A program made the position numbers and the translations under genes. The notes under the pieces were generated by a model, which was not told where the DNA came from, searched no databases, and saw only the letters and a list, made by a program, of their open reading frames with translations. A stretch of 64,000 bases of DNA from an uncultured delta proteobacterium. GTDB taxonomy: Bacteria > Desulfobacterota > Binatia > UBA9968. Shown piece after piece: positions 21,499 through 32,205 of this stretch. Each line of letters begins with the position of its first letter. The stretch's first letter is position 1. The DNA is taken from positions 32,001 through 96,000 of the forward strand of contig CAWJZV010000033.1 in the NCBI GenBank assembly GCA_963847445.1, in the 5' to 3' direction.

Positions 21499-21547
21499 CG
21501 AATCCCTCTAGAGTACTGCGTAACTTTCGTGTAAGAGAATCAGCACC

Positions 21548-22738
21548 ATGACGAGCGCCGCGCCAACATTAGCCGCCATGACAACGGCAGCAGCCGAGGA
21601 TGCTGCCAAGATCGCCGTCAGCCTGCGCGGCCTGTGGAAAACCTACACCGGCAGCAGCAAACCGGCGGTGCAAAACCTCTCCATCGACATTCGCGACGGC
21701 GAGATCCTCACCCTGCTCGGCCCCAGCGGCTGCGGCAAGACCACGACTTTGAGAATGGTCGCCGGTTTGGAACATCCCGACGCCGGCGATATTCTTTTCG
21801 GCGAGCAAGCCGTGGTCATGACCGCCAAACGGCTGTTCATGCCGCCGGACAAGCGCAACGTCGGCATGGTGTTTCAGTCCTACGCCATCTGGCCGCACAT
21901 GACGGTGGCCGAAAACGTCGCCTTTCCGCTCCACGCGCGCCACTTTCCCAAGAGCGAAATCAAAGGACGCGTGTTGAAAGCCCTCGACCTGGTCGGCTTG
22001 AGCGGTTTTGAAGATCGGCCGGGGCCGCTCCTGAGCGGCGGCCAGCAACAGCGCGTCGCCTTCGCCCGTGCCCTGGTCACTGAACCGCGCGTCCTGCTGC
22101 TCGACGAGCCGTTCAGCAACCTCGACGCGAAATTGCGCGAGCAGATGCGCATCGGCGTCAAACTGCTGCAAAAAAGATTGAACATCGCCATGCTGTTCGT
22201 CACCCACGATCAAATCGAAGCGCTGAGTTTATCCAATCGCATCGCGCTGATGAATTTCGGCGTGGTCCAGCAGCAAGGCGATCCCCGTTTACTCTATGAA
22301 AAGCCGGCCAATGAATTCGTCCGCGACTTCGTCGGCCGAACTTTGCTCTTCAAAGGCAAGGTGCAAAGCGGCAATCCGTCGGGACAATTGGCTATCGCTC
22401 TCGAAGGCGCGCCGGACTGTGTGGTCTTCGGCCGGACCTATAATCCCGCTGGCATCAAAACCGGCGCCGCCGTTTATATCGGGGTGCGCCCGGAAGACGT
22501 TGAGATACTACCCGCGAACGGGGCAACGCCGCCACCTGGGATGATCGGCGGCACCGCCCAAGCCGCGTTGTTTATCGGCGAGCGGATCGAGTATCAGGTC
22601 GAAGTCGCAGGCCAGGGCGAAATGTTAGTTTACGGCGAACGCCATCAACCCATCGATGAAGGCAATAAAGTCTGGCTCAAACTGCGCCCCGACGGCCACA
22701 GCGCATGGTCGTCGGACTGGTCGCTTAAAGAAGATTGA
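21548..22738 (+). CDS. ABC transporter ATP-binding protein (FbpC/PotA type, TOBE domain)
   Basis: GPSGCGKT, LSGGQQQR, LLLDEP, VTHDQ. Confidence 0.95.
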   Translation: MTSAAPTLAAMTTAAAEDAAKIAVSLRGLWKTYTGSSKPAVQNLSIDIRDGEILTLLGPSGCGKTTTLRMVAGLEHPDAGDILFGEQAVVMTAKRLFMPPDKRNVGMVFQSYAIWPHMTVAENVAFPLHARHFPKSEIKGRVLKALDLVGLSGFEDRPGPLLSGGQQQRVAFARALVTEPRVLLLDEPFSNLDAKLREQMRIGVKLLQKRLNIAMLFVTHDQIEALSLSNRIALMNFGVVQQQGDPRLLYEKPANEFVRDFVGRTLLFKGKVQSGNPSGQLAIALEGAPDCVVFGRTYNPAGIKTGAAVYIGVRPEDVEILPANGATPPPGMIGGTAQAALFIGERIEYQVEVAGQGEMLVYGERHQPIDEGNKVWLKLRPDGHSAWSSDWSLKED

Positions 22739-22751
22739 AGGAAAGGATGTT

Positions 22752-23963
22752 ATGAAGACTCTACAACAGCCCACCAACGCGAACTTGCGCCCCGGAAGGC
22801 GATCCGACCGATCGATCCGATCCGTCGGATCGGTCGGATCGCTACTGCTCCTGTTTGCCACCGCCACCGCCGTCTTCGGCGCCGCGGCGCCGGCAAACTT
22901 CGAGCAGGAATGGTCCAAACTCATCGCCGCGGCGAAGCAAGAAGGCAATGTCCTGATCGCCTCCGGCGGCGCGCCGTCGCGCCAGTACCGTCCGGTAATG
23001 GACGCGTTCTCGAAGAAATTCGGCATTAAAGTCGAAGTTTCCACCGGCAACGCCACCGACACGGTCAATCGCGTCTTAGCCGAACGTAAAGCCGGCAAGT
23101 TCACCGTCGATGTCGCCTTGATCAGTTCTCGCGAGAACAACCAGCGGTTGGTGCCCTCCGACTCCTTAGTCCCGTTCGCGCCCTTGCTGATCCATCCCGA
23201 AGTCCTCGACAAGTCGGCCTGGTACATGGGTCACCACTGGTACGCCGACAAGTTTTCCAAGTTCACCTTCATTTATCATGTCACCAAGGAAGACCAGTAC
23301 GAGACTTGGTACAACACCGACAAGATCAAAGACACGGAAGTCGCCACCATCAAAAAACAAACCGACTACTTCGATCCGCGCTGGAAAGGCAAAATCGCCG
23401 GCCAGGGCATGGGCGATCCATCCGGTATCCGGCAAATGATCGACAGCTATTTCGAACCGGACCGCGGCCAGGAATGGATCAAGACTTACCTGCTCAACGC
23501 CGGCGTGACTTTCAGCGACGACCGGCGAATTCTCGAGACCTGGCTGGTCGGCGGCAGATTTCCGCTCTACGCGGTTTCCACCGGCAGCGAAGAGCTCGCC
23601 ATCTTGGCGAAGAAGGGGCTGCCGATCAAACAAGTCCTGTTACCCAAGCAAGCGGCGCTGATCCGAGCGGGCGGCTCCGGCTGTTGCATCTCGGCCTTTG
23701 CCAACCCGCAGCATCCCAATGCCGCCAAGCTGTTCATCAACTGGTTCCTGTCCAAAGAAGGCCAGACGCTGACGCACACGATGATCCCCGCCATCGACCG
23801 TTCGTCGCTGCGCAACGATATCCCGATCGGTGAAGTCGTGGTCGATCAGCGCCGCGCACCTGGGAAAGAGTACGGCTTCCCCGACGCCGACCCGACCATG
23901 GGCGCGAAGCAGGAAGAAGCGCAGAAGTGGGTTTATAAAATCTGGGAGACAAGGCAAAAATAA
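22752..23963 (+). CDS. ABC transporter solute-binding protein
   Basis: Signal peptide, AAKQEG, DPRWKGKI, HPNAAKLFINWFLSKEGQ; AAGGA RBS. Confidence 0.9.
   Translation: MKTLQQPTNANLRPGRRSDRSIRSVGSVGSLLLLFATATAVFGAAAPANFEQEWSKLIAAAKQEGNVLIASGGAPSRQYRPVMDAFSKKFGIKVEVSTGNATDTVNRVLAERKAGKFTVDVALISSRENNQRLVPSDSLVPFAPLLIHPEVLDKSAWYMGHHWYADKFSKFTFIYHVTKEDQYETWYNTDKIKDTEVATIKKQTDYFDPRWKGKIAGQGMGDPSGIRQMIDSYFEPDRGQEWIKTYLLNAGVTFSDDRRILETWLVGGRFPLYAVSTGSEELAILAKKGLPIKQVLLPKQAALIRAGGSGCCISAFANPQHPNAAKLFINWFLSKEGQTLTHTMIPAIDRSSLRNDIPIGEVVVDQRRAPGKEYGFPDADPTMGAKQEEAQKWVYKIWETRQK
22800..22841. repeat. Palindromic repeat inside the signal-peptide n-region
   Basis: cgatccgaccgatc ... gatcggtcggatcg, perfect 14-bp inverted repeat encoding RSDRSIRSVGSVGS. 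Confidence 0.75.
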
Positions 23964-23974
23964 ATCTCCAACAT

Positions 23975-24083
23975 GTTCAAGTCGTTCAAAACGTTCAAGC
24001 CGTTCAAATCGTCGGAAACCGCCGGTACTCGGATAGCTCCGACGACGGCTTGAACGTTTTGAACTATTTGAACGGCTTGAACG
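23975..24083. repeat. Family B 9-mer inverted array within the ABC operon
   Basis: (gttcaa-xxx)4 ... (ttgaac-xxx)4. Confidence 0.8.
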
Positions 24084-24094
24084 AATAGGTTCAC

Positions 24095-25883
24095 GTGGAA
24101 CGATCTCCAACACTAGATCAGCTTAGTATCGCGCCAACAATTCCCGCCCCCCGCTTAACCCGCGGCCATTTCATCATGGCGGCGGTGTTGATCGGACTCG
24201 GCTATTTTCTGCTCTGGCCGGTGCTGCTGTTATTGATCAACAGCTTCAACGCGGCCAGCGATTGGTTCGTCGAGCCGCGCACCTGGGGCACCCAGCATTG
24301 GCAGAACGCGTTTCAGCGCCCCGGCTTGGTCGCCTCGCTGGGCAACTCGGTGCTGATTTGGTCGCTCACCGTAGCGGTCAGCTTTCCGGTCGGCGTTGCC
24401 ATCGCTTGGCTGCTGGCGCGCACCAAGATCCCGTTCAGCCATACGATAGAGTTCCTGTTCTGGGTCTCTTACATGGTGCCGAGCCTGCCGACGACAATCG
24501 CCTGGATCACCTTGCTCGATCCTGACATCGGCATGATAAACGTCGGTTTGAAAAATCTCTTCGGTCTGGAGCAAGGACCGTTCAACATTTTCAGCGTGCC
24601 CGGCATCGTCTGGGCGAATCTCATGGGCCACGGCATCTCGATCAAGGTCATGCTGTTGACGCCCGCCTTCCGCAACATGGACTCGACGCTCGAAGAAGCC
24701 GCCCGGGTCGGCGGCGCGAGCAATCTGCGCACGCTATTCAAAGTCACCCTGCCGCTGATGATCTCGCCGATGATGATGGTGTTCGCCTTGCAGTTGCTGC
24801 GGGTATTCCAATCCTTTGAAACGGAATATCTGCTCGGCATGCCGTTCGGCTTTTTCGTCTATTCGACCAAGATCTTCTCTCTAGTGCGCAACCAAGTGCC
24901 CAACTACGGCGAGGCGACGGTGCTGGCGAGTCTGACGCTGGCGATGATCGTCTTGATCATTCCGCTGCAGCGCTGGATCCTGGAGCGGCGCCGCTACACG
25001 ACGATTACCGGCAGCTTTCGCCCCGGCCTGATCGATCTTGGCAAGTGGAACTACATCGCCTTCGCGCATCCTCGATCACGCTCCTGGCGCTGCTCGACCG
25101 TCGGTCCCATGGTGATACTTGTTCTCGGCAGTTTTATGCAGCGCATCGGCTACTTCGTTTTGGGCTTCACTCTCGAACACTGGCGTTTTGTGCTCACCGA
25201 TCCGGTTTTCGTCAAAGCGCTGCGCACGACGTTGACGCTGGCGCTCACCGCGGCGCTGCTGAGCCCGCTGATTTTTTCCGTGCTCGCCTACATTCTCGTG
25301 CGCACGAAACTGCCGGGACGTTCGGCCCTCGATTTGATGATCTGGAGCGCCGGCGCCATCCCCGGCATTCTCGCCGGCCTTGGGCTCTTGTGGATGTTTC
25401 ATCGGCACGCCGGGGTTGAATGCGCTCTTCGGCACCATCTGGGCGCTCATCATCGTCGTCATCCTGCAAGGCAAAACCACCGGCGTGAATATCATGAAAG
25501 GCGTGCTCGTGCAGGTCGGCGCCGACATGGAAGAAGCCGCGCGAGTCTCCGGCGCCGGCTGGATCAGAACCTATTGCAAAATCTGGCTGCCGCTCTTGAT
25601 GCCGACTTTGGTCCTGTTGGCGGTGATGAACTTCGTCACCGCCGCCGGCGCCACCAGCAGCATTATTTTACTCGCTTCGCGCGACACCATGACGCTCTCG
25701 TTAATGGCCCTGGAGCTCTCCGCCAACGCCGTCAGCAACCGCGAAGCCGCCAGCATCATCAGCATCTTCATCATCGCTTTCACCGTCACCGGCGCACTGC
25801 TGGTGCGCTACTTCGGCCGCCGCTTCGGCGTCCGCCACGATATGCACGCCGGCCCCAGCGGCAACACACCTGCCGCGGTGTGA
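24095..25883 (+). CDS. ABC transporter permease, FbpB-type with two EAA loops (frameshifts near 25070-25095 and 25400)
   Basis: LEEAARVGGA and MEEAARVSGA; C-terminal half in ORF 25380-25883. Confidence 0.88.
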
Positions 25884-25915
25884 ATCGAGCATTCCGGCAA
25901 GAGGCAAATACGAGA

Positions 25916-26202
25916 CTCACCACGAAGAGCACGAAGGTAGGAAGAAGAAATTGTTTCCGAACCCTTCGTGATCTTCGTGTCCTCCTTCGAGATACATGTG
26001 AGGGGATGAGATGCACAACAACGAGCCTGCGTGGCTCCGTCATACCCGCGAAAGCGGGTATCCAGGCCAACTCGGCCGTAGCGACAAACCTGGATTCCCG
26101 CGTGCGCGGGAATGACGAATTTGGGGGATTATGTTCTGGGAATGCCAACCATTTTTATGCTCTGTAGGCGAGCGTTAAGCTCATGAACCACTTCGTGGTA
26201 AA
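25916..26202. repeat. Family A palindrome region with nested GTCAT-CCCGCG...GGGAATGAC element (family E)
   Basis: ctcaccacgaagagcacgaag...cttcgtgatcttcgtg; gtcatacccgcgaaagcgggtatccag...ctggattcccgcgtgcgcgggaatgac (26039-26116); cttcgtggtaaa. Confidence 0.75.
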
Positions 26203-26236
26203 ATAGTTTCTTGACTATTCTAGTAACAAGCGGCAA

Positions 26237-27323
26237 ATGGCAAACATGATCACTTCGCCGCCGCGCTCCCTTCGCTTCCTCTTCATCGCTCTCGCCGGCC
26301 TCTCGCTGCTTTTCGGCATCTGGATCGGCGTGGCCCGGCTTGGCTTTGCTCTGCCGCTCCCGAGTCCGGCTCATGATCTCACTGCACGGCCCGCTGATGG
26401 CCGTGGGCTTCTTGCTGACGCTGATCGGCCTGGAGCGCGCCGCTACGCTGGACCGCTGGTGGGTTTACGGTGTGCCGCTGCTGAGCATCTTGAGCATGCT
26501 CTCATTGCTCACCGACTTGCCCAGCGCCAGCACAGCGGTCCTTGCCGCGGGCTCGGCCCTGCTGCTCACTTTGTTTTTCGTCGAGCTTTATAATCGCCAG
26601 CCTGAAGAGCATTTCATTGTCATGGCGGTGAGCGCCGCCGTGCTTGCCTGCGGCAATCTGCTCTGGCTCACCGAAACGACCCTGCATCGCGTCGTTCCTT
26701 GGTGGGCCGGATTTTTAATTCTAATGATCGCCGGCGAACGGCTCGAACTGACGCGCCTGCGCCGCCCGAAGTCATGGGTTCGTGGCTCGTTTCGTCTCGC
26801 CGTGATTATTCTAATTGCCGGCCTGGTGACATCGCCATGGGAGTTCCGCCTCGGCGTGCGCATCGCCGGCGCCGGCATGATCGCCATGGCGCTGTGGCTG
26901 CTGCGCTACGATCTCGCCTGGCAGAGCATTACACAACCCGGCTTACCGCGCTTCATGGCCGCTGGGCTCATCGCCGGTTATTTTTGGCTCGCCGTCGGCG
27001 GCGTTTTCTGGATTTGGTTCGCGCGTTTCTTCGGCGCCGGACCGCTTTACGACGCCATGCTCCATACGGTGTTGCTCGGCTTCGTCTTCTCGATGATCTT
27101 CGCCCATGGGCCAATCATATTGCCGGCGATCACCCAACTGGCTTTGCCGTTTCACTATCGTTTTTATCTTCATGCCGGCTTGCTGCATCTCTCACTGCTA
27201 GTCCGCATCGCCGGCGATCTCGCGTTGTTGCCGGGAGGACAGCAATGGGGTGGCGTGCTCGGTGCCCTCGCCATTTTGATGTTTCTCTTGAACACTATTC
27301 ACGCTTTGGTTTCGGCGCGCTGA
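26237..27323 (+). CDS. Polytopic membrane protein, NnrS-like (frameshift near 26380)
   Basis: HGPLM..GF..LIGLERA, AGERLEL, YDAMLH..LGFVFSMIFAHGPIILP; about 12 TM segments. Confidence 0.65.
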
Positions 27324-27411
27324 GGTTGCTGGCGCAAGCGTGGATTTGCTACACTGCGTTACCAATGAGAATGAACCCGGCCGCGAAACGAACCGAGGGA
27401 TGGGAGAACTA

Positions 27412-27855
27412 ATGACTTATTACTACCGCGCTTTACCTATTTTGCTGGGATTGATCGTCGCCACGACATCATCCGCCTCCGCCGACATCGGCCAGATCAA
27501 GAATGTCAGCGGCGCAGTTTTCATTCTCCGCCAAAGCGTCCAGCAGCCGGCCAAGGCGGGCGACCTCGTGCAACAGTCCGATGTACTCATCACCGGCGCC
27601 AACGGCGCCGTCGGCCTGACCTTCATCGACAGCTCGCGTCTATCCGCCGGCCCCAATAGCCGCATCGAGCTCAAACAGTTCCGCTTCAATCCGACCACCC
27701 ATGACGGCGAGTTTGTCACCGACGTGCAGCGCGGGACGTTAGCGGTGGTCTCCGGGCAGATCGCCAAACGCTCCCCCGACGCGATGAAAGTAAAAACCCC
27801 GACCACCATCCTCGGCGTGCGCGGCACCACCTTCGCAGTCCAAGTTGAAGAATAA
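27412..27855 (+). CDS. Secreted FecR-domain protein
   Basis: Signal peptide; GD.V...D.LITG, FIDSSRLS.GPNS, VKTPTTILGVRGTTF. Confidence 0.88.
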   Translation: MTYYYRALPILLGLIVATTSSASADIGQIKNVSGAVFILRQSVQQPAKAGDLVQQSDVLITGANGAVGLTFIDSSRLSAGPNSRIELKQFRFNPTTHDGEFVTDVQRGTLAVVSGQIAKRSPDAMKVKTPTTILGVRGTTFAVQVEE

Positions 27856-28501
27856 AAATTTCCCGCCGAGTTTCCGATGGCTCGATTGGCGACTGCGTCA
27901 CGCTTTCTGCGCGTATGCAGCGTGCGCCGTACTCGCCGGCTGCGCGACGGTCAAGCCCGCGCCCAAGATCAACACCTATGTCGTGCTGCTGCCGGAAGAG
28001 GGCGGTGCGCCCACGTCGGTTATTGTCGGTGAGGGTGCGCATGCGCTGACTTTGGATCAACCGTTGAGCGGCGCAACTGTCGACAGCGAGGGAAAGATTG
28101 AACGAAAATCTCCCACTGCCGCGGAGGCCGACAAAACCTTCGCCGCGGCGCTGGCGGCTCAGCCACCCAAGCCGATCAGCTTCACGCTTTACTTCGACAC
28201 CAACAGTACCCAGATCACTACCGCGTCGCGGGCGCAACTCGACGCGCTGATGGCGGAAGCGGCGCGCCGCCAAGCCGTCGAAGTTCAAGTCACCGGCCAC
28301 ACCGACCGCGTCGGCAACGCTGCCGACAACGACCGGCTGTCTTTGCAGCGCGCCGAAACAATGCGCACGATGCTGGTCCAGAACGGCATCAAAGCGACGT
28401 TCATCCGAGCCGTCGGCCGTGGCGAACGGGAGCCCCTGGTTCCCACCGCCGACGAGCAACCCGAAGCGCGCAATCGCCGCGTCGAAGTCCTATTGCGCTA
28501 A
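27845..28501 (+). CDS. OmpA-family peptidoglycan-binding lipoprotein
   Basis: Lipobox LAGC; LYFD, VTGHTD, NDRLSLQRA, GRGE, RNRRVEV; start may be ATG 27877 with a frameshift. Confidence 0.88.
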   Translation: MKNKNFPPSFRWLDWRLRHAFCAYAACAVLAGCATVKPAPKINTYVVLLPEEGGAPTSVIVGEGAHALTLDQPLSGATVDSEGKIERKSPTAAEADKTFAAALAAQPPKPISFTLYFDTNSTQITTASRAQLDALMAEAARRQAVEVQVTGHTDRVGNAADNDRLSLQRAETMRTMLVQNGIKATFIRAVGRGEREPLVPTADEQPEARNRRVEVLLR

Positions 28502-28589
28502 TTTCGAACGAATGAATAAGCCTGCCGATGGAAAGGACTTCGAGGCGGGCTCTTCGTTAGGTCTCGAGACTTGGATAGCCAGCCAATCT

Positions 28590-30754
28590 TCACAGCGCGG
28601 ACGGCGCTCCTGACGAAGCTTTGCGATAGCCAACTGCCAGCAGCAGTCAGATCGTCGGACGGCGCAGCTTTATCGGTAAAGTGCTTCACCTCGGTATGTA
28701 GCATCTGACAAACCGCTGCGGCGCTCCTCGGTGGATCCTTAGCCAAGCACTGAAGCGTTCGCGCCTAAGCCAAACTGCGCTTGGCCGCCATCTTCCGCCT
28801 CGGTTACACCGTCGGTAATCAATAGCAAAATATCGCCGTCGCTCAGCCGCAAGCGCTGCGTCGGATAGGCGAACCCATGATCGAGACAGAGCGGCGGTCC
28901 GCCAGCGCGATCGAGCTCGCGCGGCGCGTCCCGCGGACGCAAGAGAATCGCTGGGTTGTGGCCGGCGTTGCAGAGCTCCAACTCACCCGAACTGCTATCG
29001 ATGACTCCGATAAGGGCCGTGACGAACATCGCCGTCGGATTTTCCCGCGAGATTTCATCGTTTACCGAACTTAGCACTTGGCCGAGGTTCGATGGCTCGC
29101 GCCGCGCCAGGCTCTTGCACAACGTCTTGGTCAGCGCCATGAACAACGATGCCGGCACGCCTTTGCCGGAAACGTCGCCGATCATGAAAAACAATCGCCG
29201 CTCGTCGAGCATGAACGCATCGTATAGATCGCCGCCAACTTCCTGGGCCGGCTCCAATAGCGCAAAGAAATCGAGATTGGCCGGCATTCCCGTCGATCGA
29301 ATTGGGATCGGGCAACATGCCCATTTGAATTTCCCGCGCCGCACGGAGCTCGCCGGCGGCACGGAGCCGTTCGTTGCGCTCGACCGCCAACTCGGCATCG
29401 AGTTCCCGGCGCCGCCGCAGGGCCGCCGAAAATCCCGCCGTAAGTAGCAGACCGACCATCACGCCGTTGGCCGCCGCCGGCAGTGTCGGATCGTAGAGCA
29501 CGTGAATCTTTTGAAAAGCGATGAAGCTGGCGATCACGAGAGTTGCCGCTATGGCGCCAGTACAGTGCGACGCCGATGGCCGGTCGACGCCGGGGTAGAG
29601 CCACGATCAGGACGATGCCGAAGGTGACCAGCCCAAGGAGTTCCCACCAGCGCGCCACCGATGGCCGGATCAAGCGGGCACCGAAGAGAATATTCTCGAC
29701 CAGCTGGGCATGAATCTCGACGCCGTCCATGCGCGAGCCTACGGGCGTTGCCGCGACGTCGCTGATGCCCACGGCGGTGGCCCCGATAATCGCCACCTGA
29801 TTCGCAAGCGCCTTGGGCGCCACAGCACCGCGGAGAATCGCCGCCGCCGACACCCGCCGATAGCGATGAGCGAGCGAGTAATACAAACGCAGGCTGCCGT
29901 TGCGGTCCGTCGGAATGAATGACGTACCGATCTGCACTCCGACGTATGCCGTTGCGATCACTGCGCACGGAATACGCCGCTTGGCCAGTCGCCACCCGCA
30001 ACAGTTCGACGGCGAAAGCCGGCGCGATCAAGCCGTTGACGCTCAGCACCAATGGCATATTCCGGATAACCCCGTCGCCGTCGCGGCTATCGTTCAAATA
30101 GCCGCGGCCATGGGCAACCGCTTCAAGCTCCGGCAGATTAACGATCTGCCCTTCATAGGTCGGGGCAAATCGCTGTGGCGCTGCGCCGGAAATCACTGCT
30201 GGAGTTTGGCTCGGTATCGAAGACTTCCCCGGAGGCGCGTCGACCAGCGCGGCGCGGCCGAGCACCGACGGAACCTGACGCAAGGTATCGGCGAGAATGG
30301 CATCGTTGGGCGGCAGCGCAGCGAGCGCTTTGCGTAACTCGAGCGATGTGTCTTCACGCTCGGCTAACAGCCGCTGCGGCGATTGGCTATCGGCTTCCGG
30401 CAGAATCATGTCGAGACCGACAGCGAGGGCACCGAGGCGATGGCTTGCGCTGACCAGCTGCGCCAAGCGGGTGCGCGGCCAGGGCCAGCGGCCGAACTGT
30501 TGCAGGCTTTCATCATCGATGTCGACGATCACCGCCGGCAACGTGGTAACCTGACGCGGCATCACCCGTTGGTAAGCGTCGAACCAAAGGTTCCGCACTG
30601 GGCTCCATGCCGTCTCGCCAAAGGCGATTTGCGCCAATGCCATCAACGCCAAGAGCCCAATCGCGGCCTTGCGGCCGTTATCGGCGCCCAAACGATCGAG
30701 CAGCGGCTGGCTGAACCCACCGCTACGTGGCAATGATTCCTGGGGCGTCGCCAC
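28590..30754 (-). CDS. CHASE2-domain PP2C/SpoIIE-type Ser/Thr phosphatase (several frameshifts)
   Basis: VIVDIDDESL..GRWPWPR, MDGVEIHAQ (CHASE2); 3 TM; AREIQ, GGDLYD, IGDVSGKG, TDGVTE, DDLT (PP2C). Confidence 0.88.
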
Positions 30755-30758
30755 GAAT

Positions 30759-31723
30759 TTACAGATCGATGACTAAGCCGTCGTAAGCGGTCGAGACTTG
30801 GAGAGAATTATTTTCACCGGCGATCTCGGCGTAACGCTGGGTTTCGCCGAGGACCGAATAGATTGTGTCGTCGCTGTACGACGGTTCGTGGTGGAACATA
30901 CAATAATGCTTGACCTGGGCGCGCAAACATAAATCGACACCGACAATATTGCTCGAATGTCCCCAGTCCGCCTTGGCATCGATCATTTCGTTGAACGAAT
31001 ACATGGAGTCGAACACGACCAGATCGGCGTCGCGGTAAAATTCCACCATCGCCGCGGTTTCGTTCTCCGACTCGAGCTTATGTTCGCCGTCGGTCGAGTA
31101 CACCATGCTCCGGCCGTTTTTCTCGAATCGATAACCGTAGGAATCGCCGGGATGGGGTTGCAGTTTCGCCTTGACGCGCAGACCGTCGATCTCGTACCAG
31201 CGATCCGTCTGCCAGCGGAACAAAGCTGATGTTCGCGCGCAACTGATCCCAATGCACCGGGAAACAGGGATCGGATTGCTGGCGCCGAAAAGCTTCCTCG
31301 AGCACAGCCAGCGAATGACCGCCATGTATGCGTATGGTATTGCCGGGGATGTAAGCCGGCGGGAAAAATGGAAACCCCATGATATGGTCCCAATGCACGT
31401 GGGACATGAAGAAATTATAAACTTGCGGCCGGGCCGATCCATGTTGAGCCAGCACTTGTTGACCAAAACAGCGCAGTCCCGAGCCCATGTCGCATAAAGT
31501 GTAGTGGTCGCCGCCGATGACTCTCGACACTCGATGTGTTGCCGCCGTAGCCGCTGCGCAAGGGGAATTCCAAGTCCGTATCGATGAACCGGTCAAGGGC
31601 CGCTTCGTCGGCGAACTGGCGGCCGGCGGCTTTTAGCAGAGCGCGCTTGATCTTGTCGCGGATGACCGCACCTTCGGTGGCTGTCGGCAGCGAACCGCGG
31701 GTGCCCCAAAAGCGGATGCGCAT
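30759..31723 (-). CDS. MBL-fold metallo-hydrolase (cyclic phosphodiesterase/PhnP-like; frameshifted)
   Basis: MRIRFWGTRGS, YGGNT, DMGSG, SHVHWDHIMGFP, YSTDGEH, WGHS, FHHEP. Confidence 0.87.
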
Positions 31724-31740
31724 AAGTTCTTTCCGTGCCC

Positions 31741-32200
31741 TTACTTCAAGCCACCTGCGACGACGCCGCCCAAACGACAGGCCGAGTGAAATACCAGGCA
31801 AAGCACGTTGCGTTCGCTATCGCGCCGATAACTCGCCCGGTCCACCAGAGCGCGCATCATCGGCACGCCGACGCCGCCCAAACCGCGTTGATCGATATCG
31901 ACGGCGAGATCGGGCTCGGGCATGGCGAGGATGTCAAAAGGCTGTCCGCCGTCAACGAATTCTAACTCCAAGCATTGGACCGTCGATCAGCCGGCAGACC
32001 AGTTCGACATTGCCCAGGCGATCGCCGTAACTGTAGTGGCAAATATTCGCCACCACTTCTTCGACCACCAGTTCGACTTCATCCACCCGCGCTGCGGCAA
32101 ACCCCGCCTGGCGCGCTTGCGCACCGGCGAACTCGGTGCACTGCGCCACCGCATCGATGGTGAGCGCTTCGGTGCGCTTCGATATAGCTAGACTCTGCAT
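31741..32200 (-). CDS. RsbW-like anti-sigma factor / Ser kinase (HATPase_c_2; frameshift near 31965)
   Basis: LVVEEVVANICHYSY (N box), DGGQPFD (G1), GGVG (G2). Confidence 0.85.
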
Positions 32201-32205
32201 ACCGA

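Noticed and set aside
20974-21511. ORFs of 139-155 aa over the nested repeat region (similar ones at 1585-1847, 7563-7805, 23640-24113)
   Set aside because: Translations of palindromic 9-mer repeats (e.g. ERLERLER, TKDTK) with no RBS or protein-like composition.
19918-24083. Periodic GTTCAA/GTTCCA arrays as CRISPR repeats
   Set aside because: Units are 9 bp, arranged as inverted arms without unique spacers, and there are no cas genes.
25400-26167. Long Arg/His-rich C-terminal tail of the 690-aa permease ORF
   Set aside because: Out-of-frame read-through; the real C-terminus is in ORF 25380-25883.
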